Shown here one piece after another: positions 1 to 10,715 of a DNA stretch of 64,000 bases. The DNA comes from Prochlorococcus sp. AG-402-K21. GTDB lineage: Bacteria; Cyanobacteriota; Cyanobacteriia; PCC-6307; Cyanobiaceae. The notes under the pieces were generated by a model. That model was not told where the DNA came from. It ran no database searches and worked only from the letters and a program-made list of their open reading frames with translations. The stretch spans positions 42,682 to 106,681 of the forward strand of contig QCII01000007.1 in the NCBI GenBank assembly GCA_003216775.1, in the 5' to 3' direction. The position numbers and the translations under genes were made by a program. Each line of letters begins with the position of its first letter. Within the stretch, counting starts at the first letter, position 1.

Positions 1-1
1 T

Positions 2-622
2 TCATTGTGGAAAGCTATTAAAGTTAAAAATGATTGTTTAAATATAAGACAATTAAAAAAACCTTGCTTATTTCAAGAAAAGGAAATTTACTTATTGGGA
101 ATAGCTGTTGTAATTCCAAAAAGTGGTTTTGAGGATATTTTAAAAATGTGTACTGAGATAGGGATTGATTTTATACAACCATTATTTTCAGAAAGACAGG
201 TCAATAAAAATTTAAATTTTACAAGAAAACTTTCGAGATGGAATTCAATTATCAAAGAAGCAGTTGAGCAAAGTGAAAGATTATGGAGACCATCAATTTT
301 AAATGGTATGGATATTATTGAATGGATCAAAACTAGAGGTAATCAAGAAAGAGTTTCAATTTCCATCACTAGAGAAAATACTTTTTATGACTTAAATCAA
401 TGGTTAAAAATACAGCAAGAAACTATTCATAAAGATGGAGGTATTTTTTGGAATGTAATTGGCCCAGAGGGAGGTTGGTCTTCAAGAGAAATTGATTTTT
501 TTAACAAAAATAATAAAACCTTTGTTAAGCTCTCTGATACTATTTTAAGAACTTCAACAGCCAGTATTAATGCATCATCAATCCTTAACCAGTGGAGAAA
601 TGATTTGAATTTAAGGAATTAG
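2..622 (+). CDS. rsmE: 16S rRNA methyltransferase RsmE (5' end cut by window edge)
   Basis: Frame is open to the window edge. C-terminal GPEGGWSSREI and ILRTSTA motifs are typical of the RsmE SPOUT family. Confidence 0.7.
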   Translation, partial: SLWKAIKVKNDCLNIRQLKKPCLFQEKEIYLLGIAVVIPKSGFEDILKMCTEIGIDFIQPLFSERQVNKNLNFTRKLSRWNSIIKEAVEQSERLWRPSILNGMDIIEWIKTRGNQERVSISITRENTFYDLNQWLKIQQETIHKDGGIFWNVIGPEGGWSSREIDFFNKNNKTFVKLSDTILRTSTASINASSILNQWRNDLNLRN

Positions 623-628
623 TTAAAG

Positions 629-1372
629 ATGTATTTAATTACAAATCAATTTTTTATAGGTTTTTGCATTAATTTTATTTTGATTTATATATTTTACAAG
701 ATTCCTTTGATGACGAAAGGAGGTTGGATAAGTGCGGGTATTTTAGGAACAATTTTGTGGGGATGTTTGTCCTGGCAGGGATGGACCTCAGTTGTAATTT
801 ATTTATTATTTGGCTCTTTAGTTACCAAAATAGGCTTTAAGTTTAAAAAAGAACAAGGTATAGCTGAAAAAAGAGGTGGGAGAAGAGGCCCTGAAAATGT
901 GTGGGGCTCTGCAGCTACCGGATTATTTTTAGCCATGATGACCAAATTCAATTCTGCCAACGTACTTTTTTTTAAAATAGGATTTGCAGCAAGTTTTGCT
1001 TCGAAGTTGGCAGATACTTTTGGTAGTGAAATTGGAAAAAGGTTTGGCAAAGATACATATTTAATTACTTCACTTAAAAAGGTTGAGAGAGGAACTGAAG
1101 GAGGAATAAGTTTGGAGGGAACATTAGCTAGCATCTTGGGATCAACATTGATGACTTTTATAATGTTTTTTCTATCAATTATTTCTACAAAATCCCACTT
1201 TATAATCGTTGCAGTCTCGGGATTTCTGGCAACACTTTCAGAAAGTATTATTGGGGCTGAATTTCAAAATAAATATAAATTAAGTAATGAAATGGTAAAT
1301 ACTATTCAGACAAGTATTTCTTCTATTCTCGCAATATTTTCCCTTATTTTTTTCTCATATTTTTTAAATTAA
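629..1372 (+). CDS. DUF92/TMEM19-like integral membrane protein
   Basis: 247 aa, multiple hydrophobic helices. The GPENVWGSAATG and TFGSEIG motifs recall the DUF92 family. Confidence 0.55.
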   Translation: MYLITNQFFIGFCINFILIYIFYKIPLMTKGGWISAGILGTILWGCLSWQGWTSVVIYLLFGSLVTKIGFKFKKEQGIAEKRGGRRGPENVWGSAATGLFLAMMTKFNSANVLFFKIGFAASFASKLADTFGSEIGKRFGKDTYLITSLKKVERGTEGGISLEGTLASILGSTLMTFIMFFLSIISTKSHFIIVAVSGFLATLSESIIGAEFQNKYKLSNEMVNTIQTSISSILAIFSLIFFSYFLN

Positions 1373-1388
1373 AAATATTTCGAAAGAC

Positions 1389-2033
1389 TTAGTAATCCTT
1401 CCATTTTGTAAGAATCTCCCAGCTCTTGAGTCTTTGGAAAAGCCAGAAATGACCTTCGGAATTTAGATGAATTCCATCTTGCGTAATCCAATTTTTACTC
1501 CTTTTATCAGAGTACATTTCTCTAAAAGTAGGCAGAAATGGGACATTCTGATTGAGGCATACTTCCTCCATTCTCCTTTCATAAGAATTACAAAAATCAT
1601 TTGAGTACCATAGACATCCTGCGAACGGCATTTTGCTTTCGTCAACTGGTGTCAGACCAATAACAAAGACATTTGTTTGAGAGCTCATTTCATTAATTAG
1701 TCGCTCTAATCCATATTCAAATCCATCTATATCTAATTGATTTCTTCCATTTTTCTGACCAATTGCTGCAGTGTCGTTAAGGCCAACATTAAGCAGGATT
1801 GCTTTAGGTTTATTTCTTCTCGTTTCTCCTCTAGATGACCATTCTTTTTCCCATCTAGATGAAACTTTTTCTATCCCATCTCCCCTTACGCCAAGTTGAT
1901 AAATTACTGGCCCATTTTGGTTATTGCACCAATCTTTTCTAAGCCTCTCACACCATCCGCCACCTTTATTATCTCCCCATCCATAAACTGAGCTATCTCC
2001 AATTACAACTAGCTGTTTTGGTAAACTAATCAC
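1389..2033 (-). CDS. SGNH/GDSL-family hydrolase
   Basis: N-terminal VVIGDSSVYGWG (GDS block I), GLND block and C-terminal DGIHLN (DxxH block V). Confidence 0.75.
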   Translation of the reverse strand: MISLPKQLVVIGDSSVYGWGDNKGGGWCERLRKDWCNNQNGPVIYQLGVRGDGIEKVSSRWEKEWSSRGETRRNKPKAILLNVGLNDTAAIGQKNGRNQLDIDGFEYGLERLINEMSSQTNVFVIGLTPVDESKMPFAGCLWYSNDFCNSYERRMEEVCLNQNVPFLPTFREMYSDKRSKNWITQDGIHLNSEGHFWLFQRLKSWEILTKWKDY

Positions 2034-2081
2034 TATAACAGGAAAAAATAATTACTTGATTCAACAAATTATTCTTACAAA

Positions 2082-3584
2082 TCAAGTTAAACTATTTTTG
2101 ATTTTACCATTTATTAATTCGCCAATTATTGCGATGGAGCTATAAGCTATCAAAACTATTGTAACTTCTTGCCATGCGAAGGAACTTAGTGATTCTTGCA
2201 ATCGCCAACCTAGACCAACACTTCCAATGACCCCGACAATTGCAGTTTCTCTAATAATGATGTCAGATCTATAAGCGCAATATGCTAAGTAACTTTTTGC
2301 TTGTTGAGAAAATAAACCGAAAAGCCAACTAGTCTTTTTTGAGATTCCTAGAGATTTCATTGCAAGGTAATTTCTGTTGTCTTGGTCATCTAGATTTGTA
2401 AAAAGTAATTTGCTTGTAATGCCAGCGTTGTGAAGACCTAATGTTAAAGCTGCTAAAGATAAAGAAGGATAATTAAAAGTTAATAGAGTTAGAAGTATTA
2501 CCGGTGTAGGTATTAAACGGAAAAAAAATGCAAAAAATTTTATAAAAATCTTAGAAGTATTGTTGTTAAAAATTCCTATTACTAATGGAGGTAAACTAAT
2601 TGCGATTCCTGTTGATAAAAGACCTAAAATTATTGTTTCTAATATAAGTTTTAATAAATCAAATAATCCTAAATCTGTACTTGATTTAAATAAAGAAATA
2701 AGAGAATTATAATTTTCAAAATTATTATTAAAAATAAAATAAAGAAAATATGAAAAAGAAAATAAAATTGTTATAAAAAAAACTGCAATAAGAAAAATAG
2801 ATAGGATTTTATTTGTATTTATAAATTTTATTTTTTTTAATATTAATCCAGAAAGAATTATTAAAAGTGCTAAGGACCATAAATATGTCCATAACTCTCT
2901 AAAATTTAAAGTTTGGAAAGATAAAAAAATACTAGTACCTATTCCTCCAATCCCAAAAATTCCTAAAATCACCGTACTTCTTATTGAACACTCTAACCGA
3001 TATAAACCAAAGTTTTTAAATGTATTTATTATTGGATTCCATATTAAAGTTAATAAAAAAGAAAATTTAGGCGCATTTATTTGATTTATAGATTCAAAAC
3101 TTTTGTAGTCAATATTTTCTAATTGTTCAGCAAAAACTTTTGAATTTACAGCAATATAAGGTATACATATAGCTATTATTCCTATTGAAAAATTTATGCC
3201 ATATATTTGCATTAATAGTATTCCCCATACTACTTCATGAATAGATCTAATTATTGTTAGAAAAACCCTTATTATGCTGTAGAAAAAATTTGGAATATTA
3301 AAAATTTTATAAAAAATATTTGAGGATAATATTCCAAAAATAGCCCCAAAAATAATACTTACTAACCAACTAAAAAACCCAATAAAGACAGTTTCATTTA
3401 AGCGATTAATTACTGTAATGATAATTTCATTATCGATCTTGGGATTAAATGCAGAAATTAAGAATTCTTGGAATAATTTAAATCCTCCAAAATGAATATT
3501 GGTTATTAATTGATACCCTAGAGGTATGCAAACCAAAATTGGAAGAAAAGATAATGAGGTATAGTTTAATTTTAATTTATTCAA
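2082..3584 (-). CDS. phnE: phosphonate ABC transporter permease PhnE (duplicated/fused permease)
   Basis: 500-aa polytopic membrane protein immediately downstream of phnC and phnD. It has two permease-like halves. Confidence 0.8.
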   Translation of the reverse strand: MNKLKLNYTSLSFLPILVCIPLGYQLITNIHFGGFKLFQEFLISAFNPKIDNEIIITVINRLNETVFIGFFSWLVSIIFGAIFGILSSNIFYKIFNIPNFFYSIIRVFLTIIRSIHEVVWGILLMQIYGINFSIGIIAICIPYIAVNSKVFAEQLENIDYKSFESINQINAPKFSFLLTLIWNPIINTFKNFGLYRLECSIRSTVILGIFGIGGIGTSIFLSFQTLNFRELWTYLWSLALLIILSGLILKKIKFINTNKILSIFLIAVFFITILFSFSYFLYFIFNNNFENYNSLISLFKSSTDLGLFDLLKLILETIILGLLSTGIAISLPPLVIGIFNNNTSKIFIKFFAFFFRLIPTPVILLTLLTFNYPSLSLAALTLGLHNAGITSKLLFTNLDDQDNRNYLAMKSLGISKKTSWLFGLFSQQAKSYLAYCAYRSDIIIRETAIVGVIGSVGLGWRLQESLSSFAWQEVTIVLIAYSSIAIIGELINGKIKNSLT

Positions 3585-3588
3585 CTAA

Positions 3589-4329
3589 TTAATATATTTT
3601 TTCTAAATGAAGCTTCTTTAATTTATTTCTTTTAATATTGAAAAAAATTTTACCATCCCTTATTCCAATAACTTTATCGAAATCGTTCAGCAAATCTAAT
3701 CTATGTAATGCAATTAATGTTGTCTTTGGCGATTCTTTTGTATTATTTTTAGCTACATTTTCTAGCAGCAGGTTTTTAATTGTTGTTATCAATTTAGGAT
3801 CTAAATTATTGAAAGGCTCATCAGCAAGTAATATATTTGATCCTTGAATTAATGATCTAGCTATAGCTACCCTTTGTTTTTGCCCCCCAGATAGTTTTCT
3901 GATTTTTTTGTCATAAATACAGTCATGAAGTCTACATAATTGCATATATTTATGCGCCTTCTGAAAAGAACTTATATTTAGCAAATTTTTAAAAGCGAAA
4001 TAAAAATTGTTTTCCGCTAATAGTCCACAATTAACATTTTGTTCTGCAGAGAGATCATCTATTAATCTTAAATCTTGCCAAATAGTTGTTATCTTGGATT
4101 TCTGCTTTCTATCTAATTCATCGAAACTTTTATTGAATAATTTAACCTCACCTTGAGTTGGCTTGATAGTGCCATTAAGCACTGATATAAGTGTAGTTTT
4201 TCCAGAACCGCTTTTTCCTAAAAGTGCAATTTTCTCCCCTGAATTTATTTTTAAATTTATTTTATTTAGGATCAGATTATTGTTGTATTTATAAGATATA
4301 TTTTTTAATTCTAAGAGAGTATTATTCAT
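3589..4329 (-). CDS. phnC: phosphonate ABC transporter ATP-binding protein PhnC
   Basis: Walker A GKSGSGKTT, ABC signature LSGGQKQR, Walker B LLADEP. The 4-nt overlap with phnD suggests translational coupling. Confidence 0.85.
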   Translation of the reverse strand: MNNTLLELKNISYKYNNNLILNKINLKINSGEKIALLGKSGSGKTTLISVLNGTIKPTQGEVKLFNKSFDELDRKQKSKITTIWQDLRLIDDLSAEQNVNCGLLAENNFYFAFKNLLNISSFQKAHKYMQLCRLHDCIYDKKIRKLSGGQKQRVAIARSLIQGSNILLADEPFNNLDPKLITTIKNLLLENVAKNNTKESPKTTLIALHRLDLLNDFDKVIGIRDGKIFFNIKRNKLKKLHLEKIY

Positions 4330-5246
4330 CTAATTTTATTTAATTTTCTCCCTATGTCCTCTATATTTTTATACTGTATTGCTTCTGCATTTATAAAACT
4401 TTTTGCATTGAACATATCTAATATCTGTTTATGTGATTTTTGATTTATATCTAAATTTAGAATTACTGATTTAATTTTTTTTGTAAACCCTTCCCCAAAT
4501 CTATTTTCAAGATCCCCTTGAGCTAGCCAATGATAGTCAACATATTCTGGTGTGATCCAGAATAATTCTAAATTACTTGTTCTTTTGGAATTATTTTTAA
4601 GATTATTTTCCCAAACTTGTTTATTTAAAGCTCCAGCATCAAATGCTCCACTATTAACTAAAGCTATAGTGGCATCATGACTCCCACTAAAACCTGCTTT
4701 TTTTCCTTTAAAGTGTTTAATTTCCACCCCTGCTTGATTTAAAAAGTATTCTGGCATTAATCTTCCAGAAGTTGAGTTTTCAGAGCCAAAAGTAAATCTT
4801 AAATTCTTTAGTTTTTTAAGTCCTTTAATGTTTGAAATTGATTTAAGTTCTAAATCTTTGTTGACTATAAAAACACTTTTAAATTCTTTATCAATATCTC
4901 TTTGAGCTATGACAATTGAATTAGGAGTTTGTAATCTTGCTTGAACTCCTGATAAACCGCCAAACCAAACTAAATCTAAATCTTTAGTTCTAAATCCAGT
5001 TACTGCTGCTACATAATTAATAACAGGAATGTATTTAACTTCTAAACCAAGTTGTTTTGATAATTCTTTTGAAAATAAATTAAATCTTTTGTCTAAAAGA
5101 TCTTGGTTTTGATCAGGTATTGCTCCAACCTTTAAAACTCTGGAATTTGAAAATACAGGTGTTGAAAAAATAGCAAATAATAATGATGAGCTAAATATAA
5201 ATTTTTTTAATTTAAACATTTTTAATTGAGATTTAATAATTTTCAT
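4326..5246 (-). CDS. phnD: phosphonate/phosphite ABC transporter periplasmic binding protein PhnD
   Basis: Signal peptide (MFKLKKFIFSSSLLFAIFSTPVFS) and a PhnD-like body (GAIPDQN, VWFGGLSG). The probable true start is the internal Met at 5219. Confidence 0.8.
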   Translation of the reverse strand: MKIIKSQLKMFKLKKFIFSSSLLFAIFSTPVFSNSRVLKVGAIPDQNQDLLDKRFNLFSKELSKQLGLEVKYIPVINYVAAVTGFRTKDLDLVWFGGLSGVQARLQTPNSIVIAQRDIDKEFKSVFIVNKDLELKSISNIKGLKKLKNLRFTFGSENSTSGRLMPEYFLNQAGVEIKHFKGKKAGFSGSHDATIALVNSGAFDAGALNKQVWENNLKNNSKRTSNLELFWITPEYVDYHWLAQGDLENRFGEGFTKKIKSVILNLDINQKSHKQILDMFNAKSFINAEAIQYKNIEDIGRKLNKIR

Positions 5247-6429
5247 TAATTGCTTTTTTTAGCCTATGTAATCCATCTTTTATCTTAACTTCAGAGGCTG
5301 CACAAGATATCCTAATACATTCATCAACACCAAAAGCTTTTCCAGGTATAACAACTAATCCGTAATCTTGAAGAGCTTTATTACAGAAATCAACAGAATT
5401 AATTGATGAGTTAGGTAATCTTGGAAATGCGTAAAATGCTCCATTAGGTTCTTCAATATAAATCCCATTTATATTCTTAAGGCCCTCATAGAGAAGACTT
5501 CTTCTTTTATCATAATGGCTGTTAATCATTGAGAAAAATTCATTATTAATTTTTAAAGCCTCTAAAGCACCTTTTTGAACAAAAGAGCAAACATTACTTG
5601 TACTTTGGCTTTGTAATGCTGAGGATGCTTTGATTAAGTCTTTGGGACCTACTAAATAACCTATCCTCCAGCCAGTCATAGCCCATCCTTTCGCAAACCC
5701 ATTTATTATAAAAATCCTATCTTTTAAGTCATTTGCTAATGAAGATAAACTGTAGTGTTTAAATTCTTTTTTAAGGATTAGTTCGTAAATCTCATCAGAA
5801 AGAATATTGATATTTGGATTTTCTCTGGCTAAATCGGCAATTTGCAATAATTCTTCCTTTGACATTACTCTTCCAGTAGGGTTATTAGGAGAATTGATAA
5901 TTATAAATTTAGTTTTTGAAGAGATTTTAGACTTCAAATCTTTTATATTTATTTTAAATCCATCTTCTGCAGAAGAATTTGTAAAAATTGGCTTCCCACC
6001 CGCCAATCTAACCATCTGGGGATAACTTAACCAATATGGAGAAGGAATAATAACTTCGTCTCCAGTATTTAACAAAACTTGGAAAAGATTATATATTGCT
6101 TGCTTAGCTCCATTTGTGACCATTACATTTTCAAATTCATAATTTAAATTGTTTTGAATTTGAAGTTTATTCGCGATTGCTTTTCGGAGATCTAAATTGC
6201 CCGCTGCGGGCCCGTACTTTGTAAATCCATCAAATATAGCTTTACTTGTAGCCTCTATAACTTCTTTCGGGGCATTAAAGTCAGGTTCTCCTGCACTTAA
6301 ATTGCAAATATCTACTCCTTCTGCAGATAATTGATTTGCTTTAGCACTTATCTGCAAAGTAAGAGAAGGCTCAATTGAAAGTGCCCGTTCAGATAAATTA
6401 ACTTGACTCATTGACTTATAACTTTTCAA
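5233..6429 (-). CDS. class I/II (aspartate) aminotransferase
   Basis: LSAGEPDF, NSPNNPTG and GFAKGWAMTGWRIGY (PLP-lysine region) motifs of AspC-type aminotransferases. Confidence 0.85.
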   Translation of the reverse strand: MKSYKSMSQVNLSERALSIEPSLTLQISAKANQLSAEGVDICNLSAGEPDFNAPKEVIEATSKAIFDGFTKYGPAAGNLDLRKAIANKLQIQNNLNYEFENVMVTNGAKQAIYNLFQVLLNTGDEVIIPSPYWLSYPQMVRLAGGKPIFTNSSAEDGFKINIKDLKSKISSKTKFIIINSPNNPTGRVMSKEELLQIADLARENPNINILSDEIYELILKKEFKHYSLSSLANDLKDRIFIINGFAKGWAMTGWRIGYLVGPKDLIKASSALQSQSTSNVCSFVQKGALEALKINNEFFSMINSHYDKRRSLLYEGLKNINGIYIEEPNGAFYAFPRLPNSSINSVDFCNKALQDYGLVVIPGKAFGVDECIRISCAASEVKIKDGLHRLKKAINENY

Positions 6430-6573
6430 ATATGACTTTTAATAATGACAAATGCATAATTTAACAATAAGTAAAAGTATCACATAATGGTTTAATTTAG
6501 TTCATTTTCTTAATCTATTTTATTTTCATGTTTTGAGTTCTTAAGATAAAAAATATTTAAAGTTTAATTTTCG

Positions 6574-7077
6574 GTGAAAAGGTTAGTTATTGGTAGAGGA
6601 AGTGTATTTGCCGATTTGTTAATAATTGGTGAGGCACCTGGAGCACAGGAAGACTTTGAAGGAAAACCGTATGTAGGTAAATCCGGTAAGTTATTAAACG
6701 AATTATTGATAAAAGCGGGGATTGACTATAGGGAGGATGTTTATTTTTGCAATGTAATTAAATGTCGTCCACCAAAAAATAGAAAACCCACTGCTAGAGA
6801 GATTAATATTCATAAGCCTTGGTTGTTACAGCAAATTAAGCTGGTTGATCCGAAATTTATATTACTTACTGGTTCGACTGCTATGAGAGCTATTTTAGAA
6901 GTTAAAGAACCAATAAGTAATTTTAGAGGTCAATGGATTAAAAAAGATGGGAGAGAAATTATGGTAATTTTTCATCCATCTTATTTGTTGAGATTTCCTT
7001 CAAAAGAAATCAATAAACCTTACCATCTAACTTTGAAAGACCTAGAGAATGTAAGTGGTAAACTATATGCCGTATAA
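6574..7077 (+). CDS. uracil-DNA glycosylase, family 4
   Basis: GEAPGAQED motif A and HPSYLLR motif B. GTG start. Confidence 0.8.
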   Translation: MKRLVIGRGSVFADLLIIGEAPGAQEDFEGKPYVGKSGKLLNELLIKAGIDYREDVYFCNVIKCRPPKNRKPTAREINIHKPWLLQQIKLVDPKFILLTGSTAMRAILEVKEPISNFRGQWIKKDGREIMVIFHPSYLLRFPSKEINKPYHLTLKDLENVSGKLYAV

Positions 7078-7111
7078 TTTAGTGAATCCTTTTTGAATAT
7101 CAAGAATTTTA

Positions 7112-8329
7112 ATGTCATTAACTCAATCAAAAGAGGTTAATAGTCTCTCCAAAAGATATTCAACTCATATTGAGAGAAGGATAACTAGAACAGTAATGGT
7201 TGGTGATGTAGCTATTGGAAGTGATTATCCAGTAAGAGTTCAATCGATGATAAATGAAGATACTATGGATGTCGAAAATGCTTACTTAGCTATCAAAAGA
7301 CTTCATGATGTAGGTTGTGAAATAGTAAGATTAACTGTACCTTCCTTAGCACACGCAAAAGCAGTAGGAGATATAAAAGCAAAATTATTGAAAAATAATA
7401 TCAAGACCCCCTTGGTCGCTGATGTTCATCATAATGGCATGAAAATTGCAATGGAGGTTGCAAAACATGTTGATAAAGTAAGAATTAATCCTGGATTGTT
7501 TGTTTTTGAAAAGTCGGACCCTACAAGAACTGAATATACAGATGGGGAATTTGAAACTATTAAACAAACAATACTTAAAAGATTTACCCCTTTAGTTGAA
7601 GTTTTAAAGGCTGAAAACAAAGCTCTAAGGATTGGAGTTAATCATGGCTCTCTATCTGAGAGGATGCTTTTTACTTATGGAGATACGCCATTGGGAATGA
7701 CAGAATCTGCGATGGAGTTTGTCAAAATTTGCGATGAACTTGATTTTCATAACATAATTATTTCTATGAAAGCTTCCAGGGCTCCAGTCATGATGGCAGC
7801 TTACAGAATGATCGCAGATAGGCTTGACTCAGAAGGATATAATTATCCATTGCATTTGGGAGTGACTGAAGCTGGGGATGGTGATTATGGAAGGATTAAA
7901 AGTACTGCTGGAATTGGAACTCTTTTAGCAGAGGGATTAGGAGATACTATCAGGGTTTCTTTAACAGAAGCTCCAGAAAAGGAAATACCAGTTTGCTATT
8001 CAATTTTGCAATCTTTAGGACTAAGAAAAACGATGGTTGAATATATCAGTTGCCCTAGTTGTGGGAGAACACTTTTCAATTTAGAAGAGGTTGTAGATAA
8101 AGTTAGGAACGCTACTTCACATCTGACTGGATTAGATATAGCTATAATGGGATGTATTGTAAATGGGCCAGGAGAAATGGCAGATGCTGATTATGGTTAT
8201 GTTGGCAAAGGCAAAGGTACTATTGCTTTGTATAGAAGGAAAGAAGAGATAAAAAGAGTACCTGAAGACGAGGGGGTTAATGCTTTAATCCAACTTATTA
8301 AGGATGATGGGAAATGGATTGACCCTTAA
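7112..8329 (+). CDS. ispG: 4-hydroxy-3-methylbut-2-en-1-yl diphosphate synthase (MEP pathway)
   Basis: Full-length match by eye to IspG/GcpE: RINPGL, GVNHGSL, CPSCGRT and GCIVNGPGE cluster-binding motifs. Confidence 0.95.
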   Translation: MSLTQSKEVNSLSKRYSTHIERRITRTVMVGDVAIGSDYPVRVQSMINEDTMDVENAYLAIKRLHDVGCEIVRLTVPSLAHAKAVGDIKAKLLKNNIKTPLVADVHHNGMKIAMEVAKHVDKVRINPGLFVFEKSDPTRTEYTDGEFETIKQTILKRFTPLVEVLKAENKALRIGVNHGSLSERMLFTYGDTPLGMTESAMEFVKICDELDFHNIIISMKASRAPVMMAAYRMIADRLDSEGYNYPLHLGVTEAGDGDYGRIKSTAGIGTLLAEGLGDTIRVSLTEAPEKEIPVCYSILQSLGLRKTMVEYISCPSCGRTLFNLEEVVDKVRNATSHLTGLDIAIMGCIVNGPGEMADADYGYVGKGKGTIALYRRKEEIKRVPEDEGVNALIQLIKDDGKWIDP

Positions 8330-8388
8330 GGATTTGTCAAATTTTGAAATTTTAAATAAATTATTTTTATAATAAGGGAACTAATTCT

Positions 8389-9723
8389 TTGAAGATAAGA
8401 AAATTGCTCAAAAAAAAATTTATAATTTTATTTGCGACATCCTTTTTTGGAATATTTTTTAATAATTTTGCAGAGGCAACAATCTTAAATAATGGTTATA
8501 AAGAAGTAATTGATCATGTTTGGCAAATTGTATATAGAGATTTTCTTGATCCAAGTGGTAAATTTCAAAAATCAGATTGGATTAAGCTAAGAAAAGAATT
8601 TTTATCAAAAACATATTCAGACAGCAATGAAGCATATGATGCGATAAGAGATATGCTATCGAACTTAGATGATTCTTACACAAGATTTTTAGAACCTAAG
8701 GAATTTAATCAAATGCGAATTGATACTTCTGGAGAGTTAACTGGTGTTGGTATTCAAATAATTAAAGATAAAGAGTCTGATGATTTAATAATTATTTCTC
8801 CTATAGAGGACACACCTGCTTTTGATGCTGGAATTAAAGCTAGAGACAAAATTTTATCTATAGATGATATTTCTACGAAAGGGATGAATATAGATGATGC
8901 GGTGAAATTAATAAGAGGACAAAGAGGTACTAAAGTTAAGCTTGAAATTCTTAGAGGTTCTCAATCTTTTTTTAAGGTTTTATCAAGAGAAAAGATTGAA
9001 ATAAAAACTGTTTCAAGTAAAGTTAATCAAACCAAAAACGGCTTATTAATTGGCTACGTGAGAATTAAACAATTTAATGCAAATGCATCAAGAGAAATGA
9101 GAGATGCTATTAAGGATCTAGAAACAAAAAAAGTCGCAGGATATGTACTTGACTTAAGAAGTAATCCTGGAGGTTTACTAGAATCAAGCATTGATATCTC
9201 AAGACATTTTATTAATAAGGGAATAATAGTAAGCACCTTAAGTAAAGATGGTTTAAAAGAAACAAAAAGAGGCAACGGTTCGGCTCTAACAAAAAAGCCT
9301 CTAGTTGTCTTAGTTAATGAGGGTTCTGCTAGCGCAAGTGAAATAGTCTCTGGTGCAATAAAAGATAACAAAAGAGGAAAATTAGTTGGAAAGAAAACTT
9401 TTGGGAAAGGTCTAGTTCAATCTATGAGAACATTAGTTGATGGTTCAGGATTAACTGTTACAGTCGCTAAGTATTTAACTCCGAACGGCACTGATATAAA
9501 CAAATCTGGAATTATTCCAGATATAGAAGTAAAAATGAATATCAACCCTATTCTCCAAAGAGAGATTGGAACTAGAAAAGATAAACAATATAGAGCTGGT
9601 GAAAAAGAGCTAATAAATATAATTAATAGAAAGAATCTGATAAGCGAATTTAATCCTGACACTACAAACCTTAATGTATTCCTAAAAATTAATAAGGAAG
9701 ATAAAGTATTTTCATTAAATTAA
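8389..9723 (+). CDS. ctpA: carboxyl-terminal processing protease (S41, PDZ-containing)
   Basis: N-terminal signal/anchor, PDZ region (GVGIQI), DLRSNPGG and GSASASEI catalytic-Ser motif. Confidence 0.85.
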   Translation: MKIRKLLKKKFIILFATSFFGIFFNNFAEATILNNGYKEVIDHVWQIVYRDFLDPSGKFQKSDWIKLRKEFLSKTYSDSNEAYDAIRDMLSNLDDSYTRFLEPKEFNQMRIDTSGELTGVGIQIIKDKESDDLIIISPIEDTPAFDAGIKARDKILSIDDISTKGMNIDDAVKLIRGQRGTKVKLEILRGSQSFFKVLSREKIEIKTVSSKVNQTKNGLLIGYVRIKQFNANASREMRDAIKDLETKKVAGYVLDLRSNPGGLLESSIDISRHFINKGIIVSTLSKDGLKETKRGNGSALTKKPLVVLVNEGSASASEIVSGAIKDNKRGKLVGKKTFGKGLVQSMRTLVDGSGLTVTVAKYLTPNGTDINKSGIIPDIEVKMNINPILQREIGTRKDKQYRAGEKELINIINRKNLISEFNPDTTNLNVFLKINKEDKVFSLN

Positions 9724-10634
9724 TTACTCATATCCAGCATTCTCTTTATTGGCACATAGGCTCTTCTTATTATTTCTGGGTCTAGTTCAATAGACGGGGA
9801 ATTGTTTTTCAAACAATCTAGAATTTTTTCTAAAGTATTTAATTTCATATATGGACACTCGTTACATTTACAACCTTCTACATCTGGGACTTCAATAAAA
9901 TTTTTGTTAGGTTCTTTCTTTTTCATTTGATGAATTATTCCAGGTTCAGTTAGTACCATGTAAGTTTTTGATGGATCTTTACTTACGAAATCAAGCAGCT
10001 TACTTGTTGATCCAATAAAGTCTGAGAGAATTAGTAAATTTTGACTACATTCTGGATGAGCAATAACTTTTGATCTTGGATTTTGATATTTTAGTTTTAG
10101 AAGTGCTTCTTCACTAAATGATTCATGAACAATGCAGCTGCCAGGCCATAATTTAAGATCTCTTCCTGAATTTTTCTGTACCCATCTCCCAAGGTTCTGA
10201 TCTGGTGCAAATATTATCTTTTTATCTTCAGGTATCTTTTTAATTAATGAGACTGCATTACTGCTTGTACATATCAGATCACTTTGAGCTTTTACTTCTG
10301 CAGTACAATTTATATAACTAACGACATAGTGATCTTGATTTTCTTCCCTGAACTTTTGAAATTTATCTGAGGGACAATCGTCTGCCAATGAGCATCCTGC
10401 GTCAATATCTGGTAATAGGACTGTTTTATTAGGGCTAAGTATTTTTGCGGTTTCGGCCATAAAGTGTACCCCACAAAAAATGATTATATCTGCATCATTA
10501 TTTGCAGCTTTCCTAGATAGATCTAATGAATCGCCAATAAAATCTGCAATTTCCTGAATCTCTGGAGCTTGATAATAGTGCGCAAGAATAATTGCATTAG
10601 CTTTTTTGCAACGCGCCTTTATTTCAGAAATCAA
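9720..10634 (-). CDS. nadA: quinolinate synthase
   Basis: 304 aa with AHYYQ, VHFMAETAKIL, CSLAD and HPEC motifs of NadA. Confidence 0.9.
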   Translation of the reverse strand: MISEIKARCKKANAIILAHYYQAPEIQEIADFIGDSLDLSRKAANNDADIIIFCGVHFMAETAKILSPNKTVLLPDIDAGCSLADDCPSDKFQKFREENQDHYVVSYINCTAEVKAQSDLICTSSNAVSLIKKIPEDKKIIFAPDQNLGRWVQKNSGRDLKLWPGSCIVHESFSEEALLKLKYQNPRSKVIAHPECSQNLLILSDFIGSTSKLLDFVSKDPSKTYMVLTEPGIIHQMKKKEPNKNFIEVPDVEGCKCNECPYMKLNTLEKILDCLKNNSPSIELDPEIIRRAYVPIKRMLDMSN

Positions 10635-10715
10635 ATCCTCTTCGTTTTGAACTGATTTCTGTTTTGCAGTAGAAGTTATACTTGTCAGGATTTAGAATAT
10701 CTCTAAATAGATTAT

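Noticed and set aside
5233-6429. Aminotransferase overlapping phnD as a possible phosphonate-pathway enzyme (PhnW)
   Set aside because: Its motifs (NPTG, KGWAMTGWRIGY) are those of class I/II AspC-type enzymes, not the class V fold of 2-aminoethylphosphonate:pyruvate aminotransferase. The apparent overlap disappears if phnD starts at its signal-peptide Met (5219).
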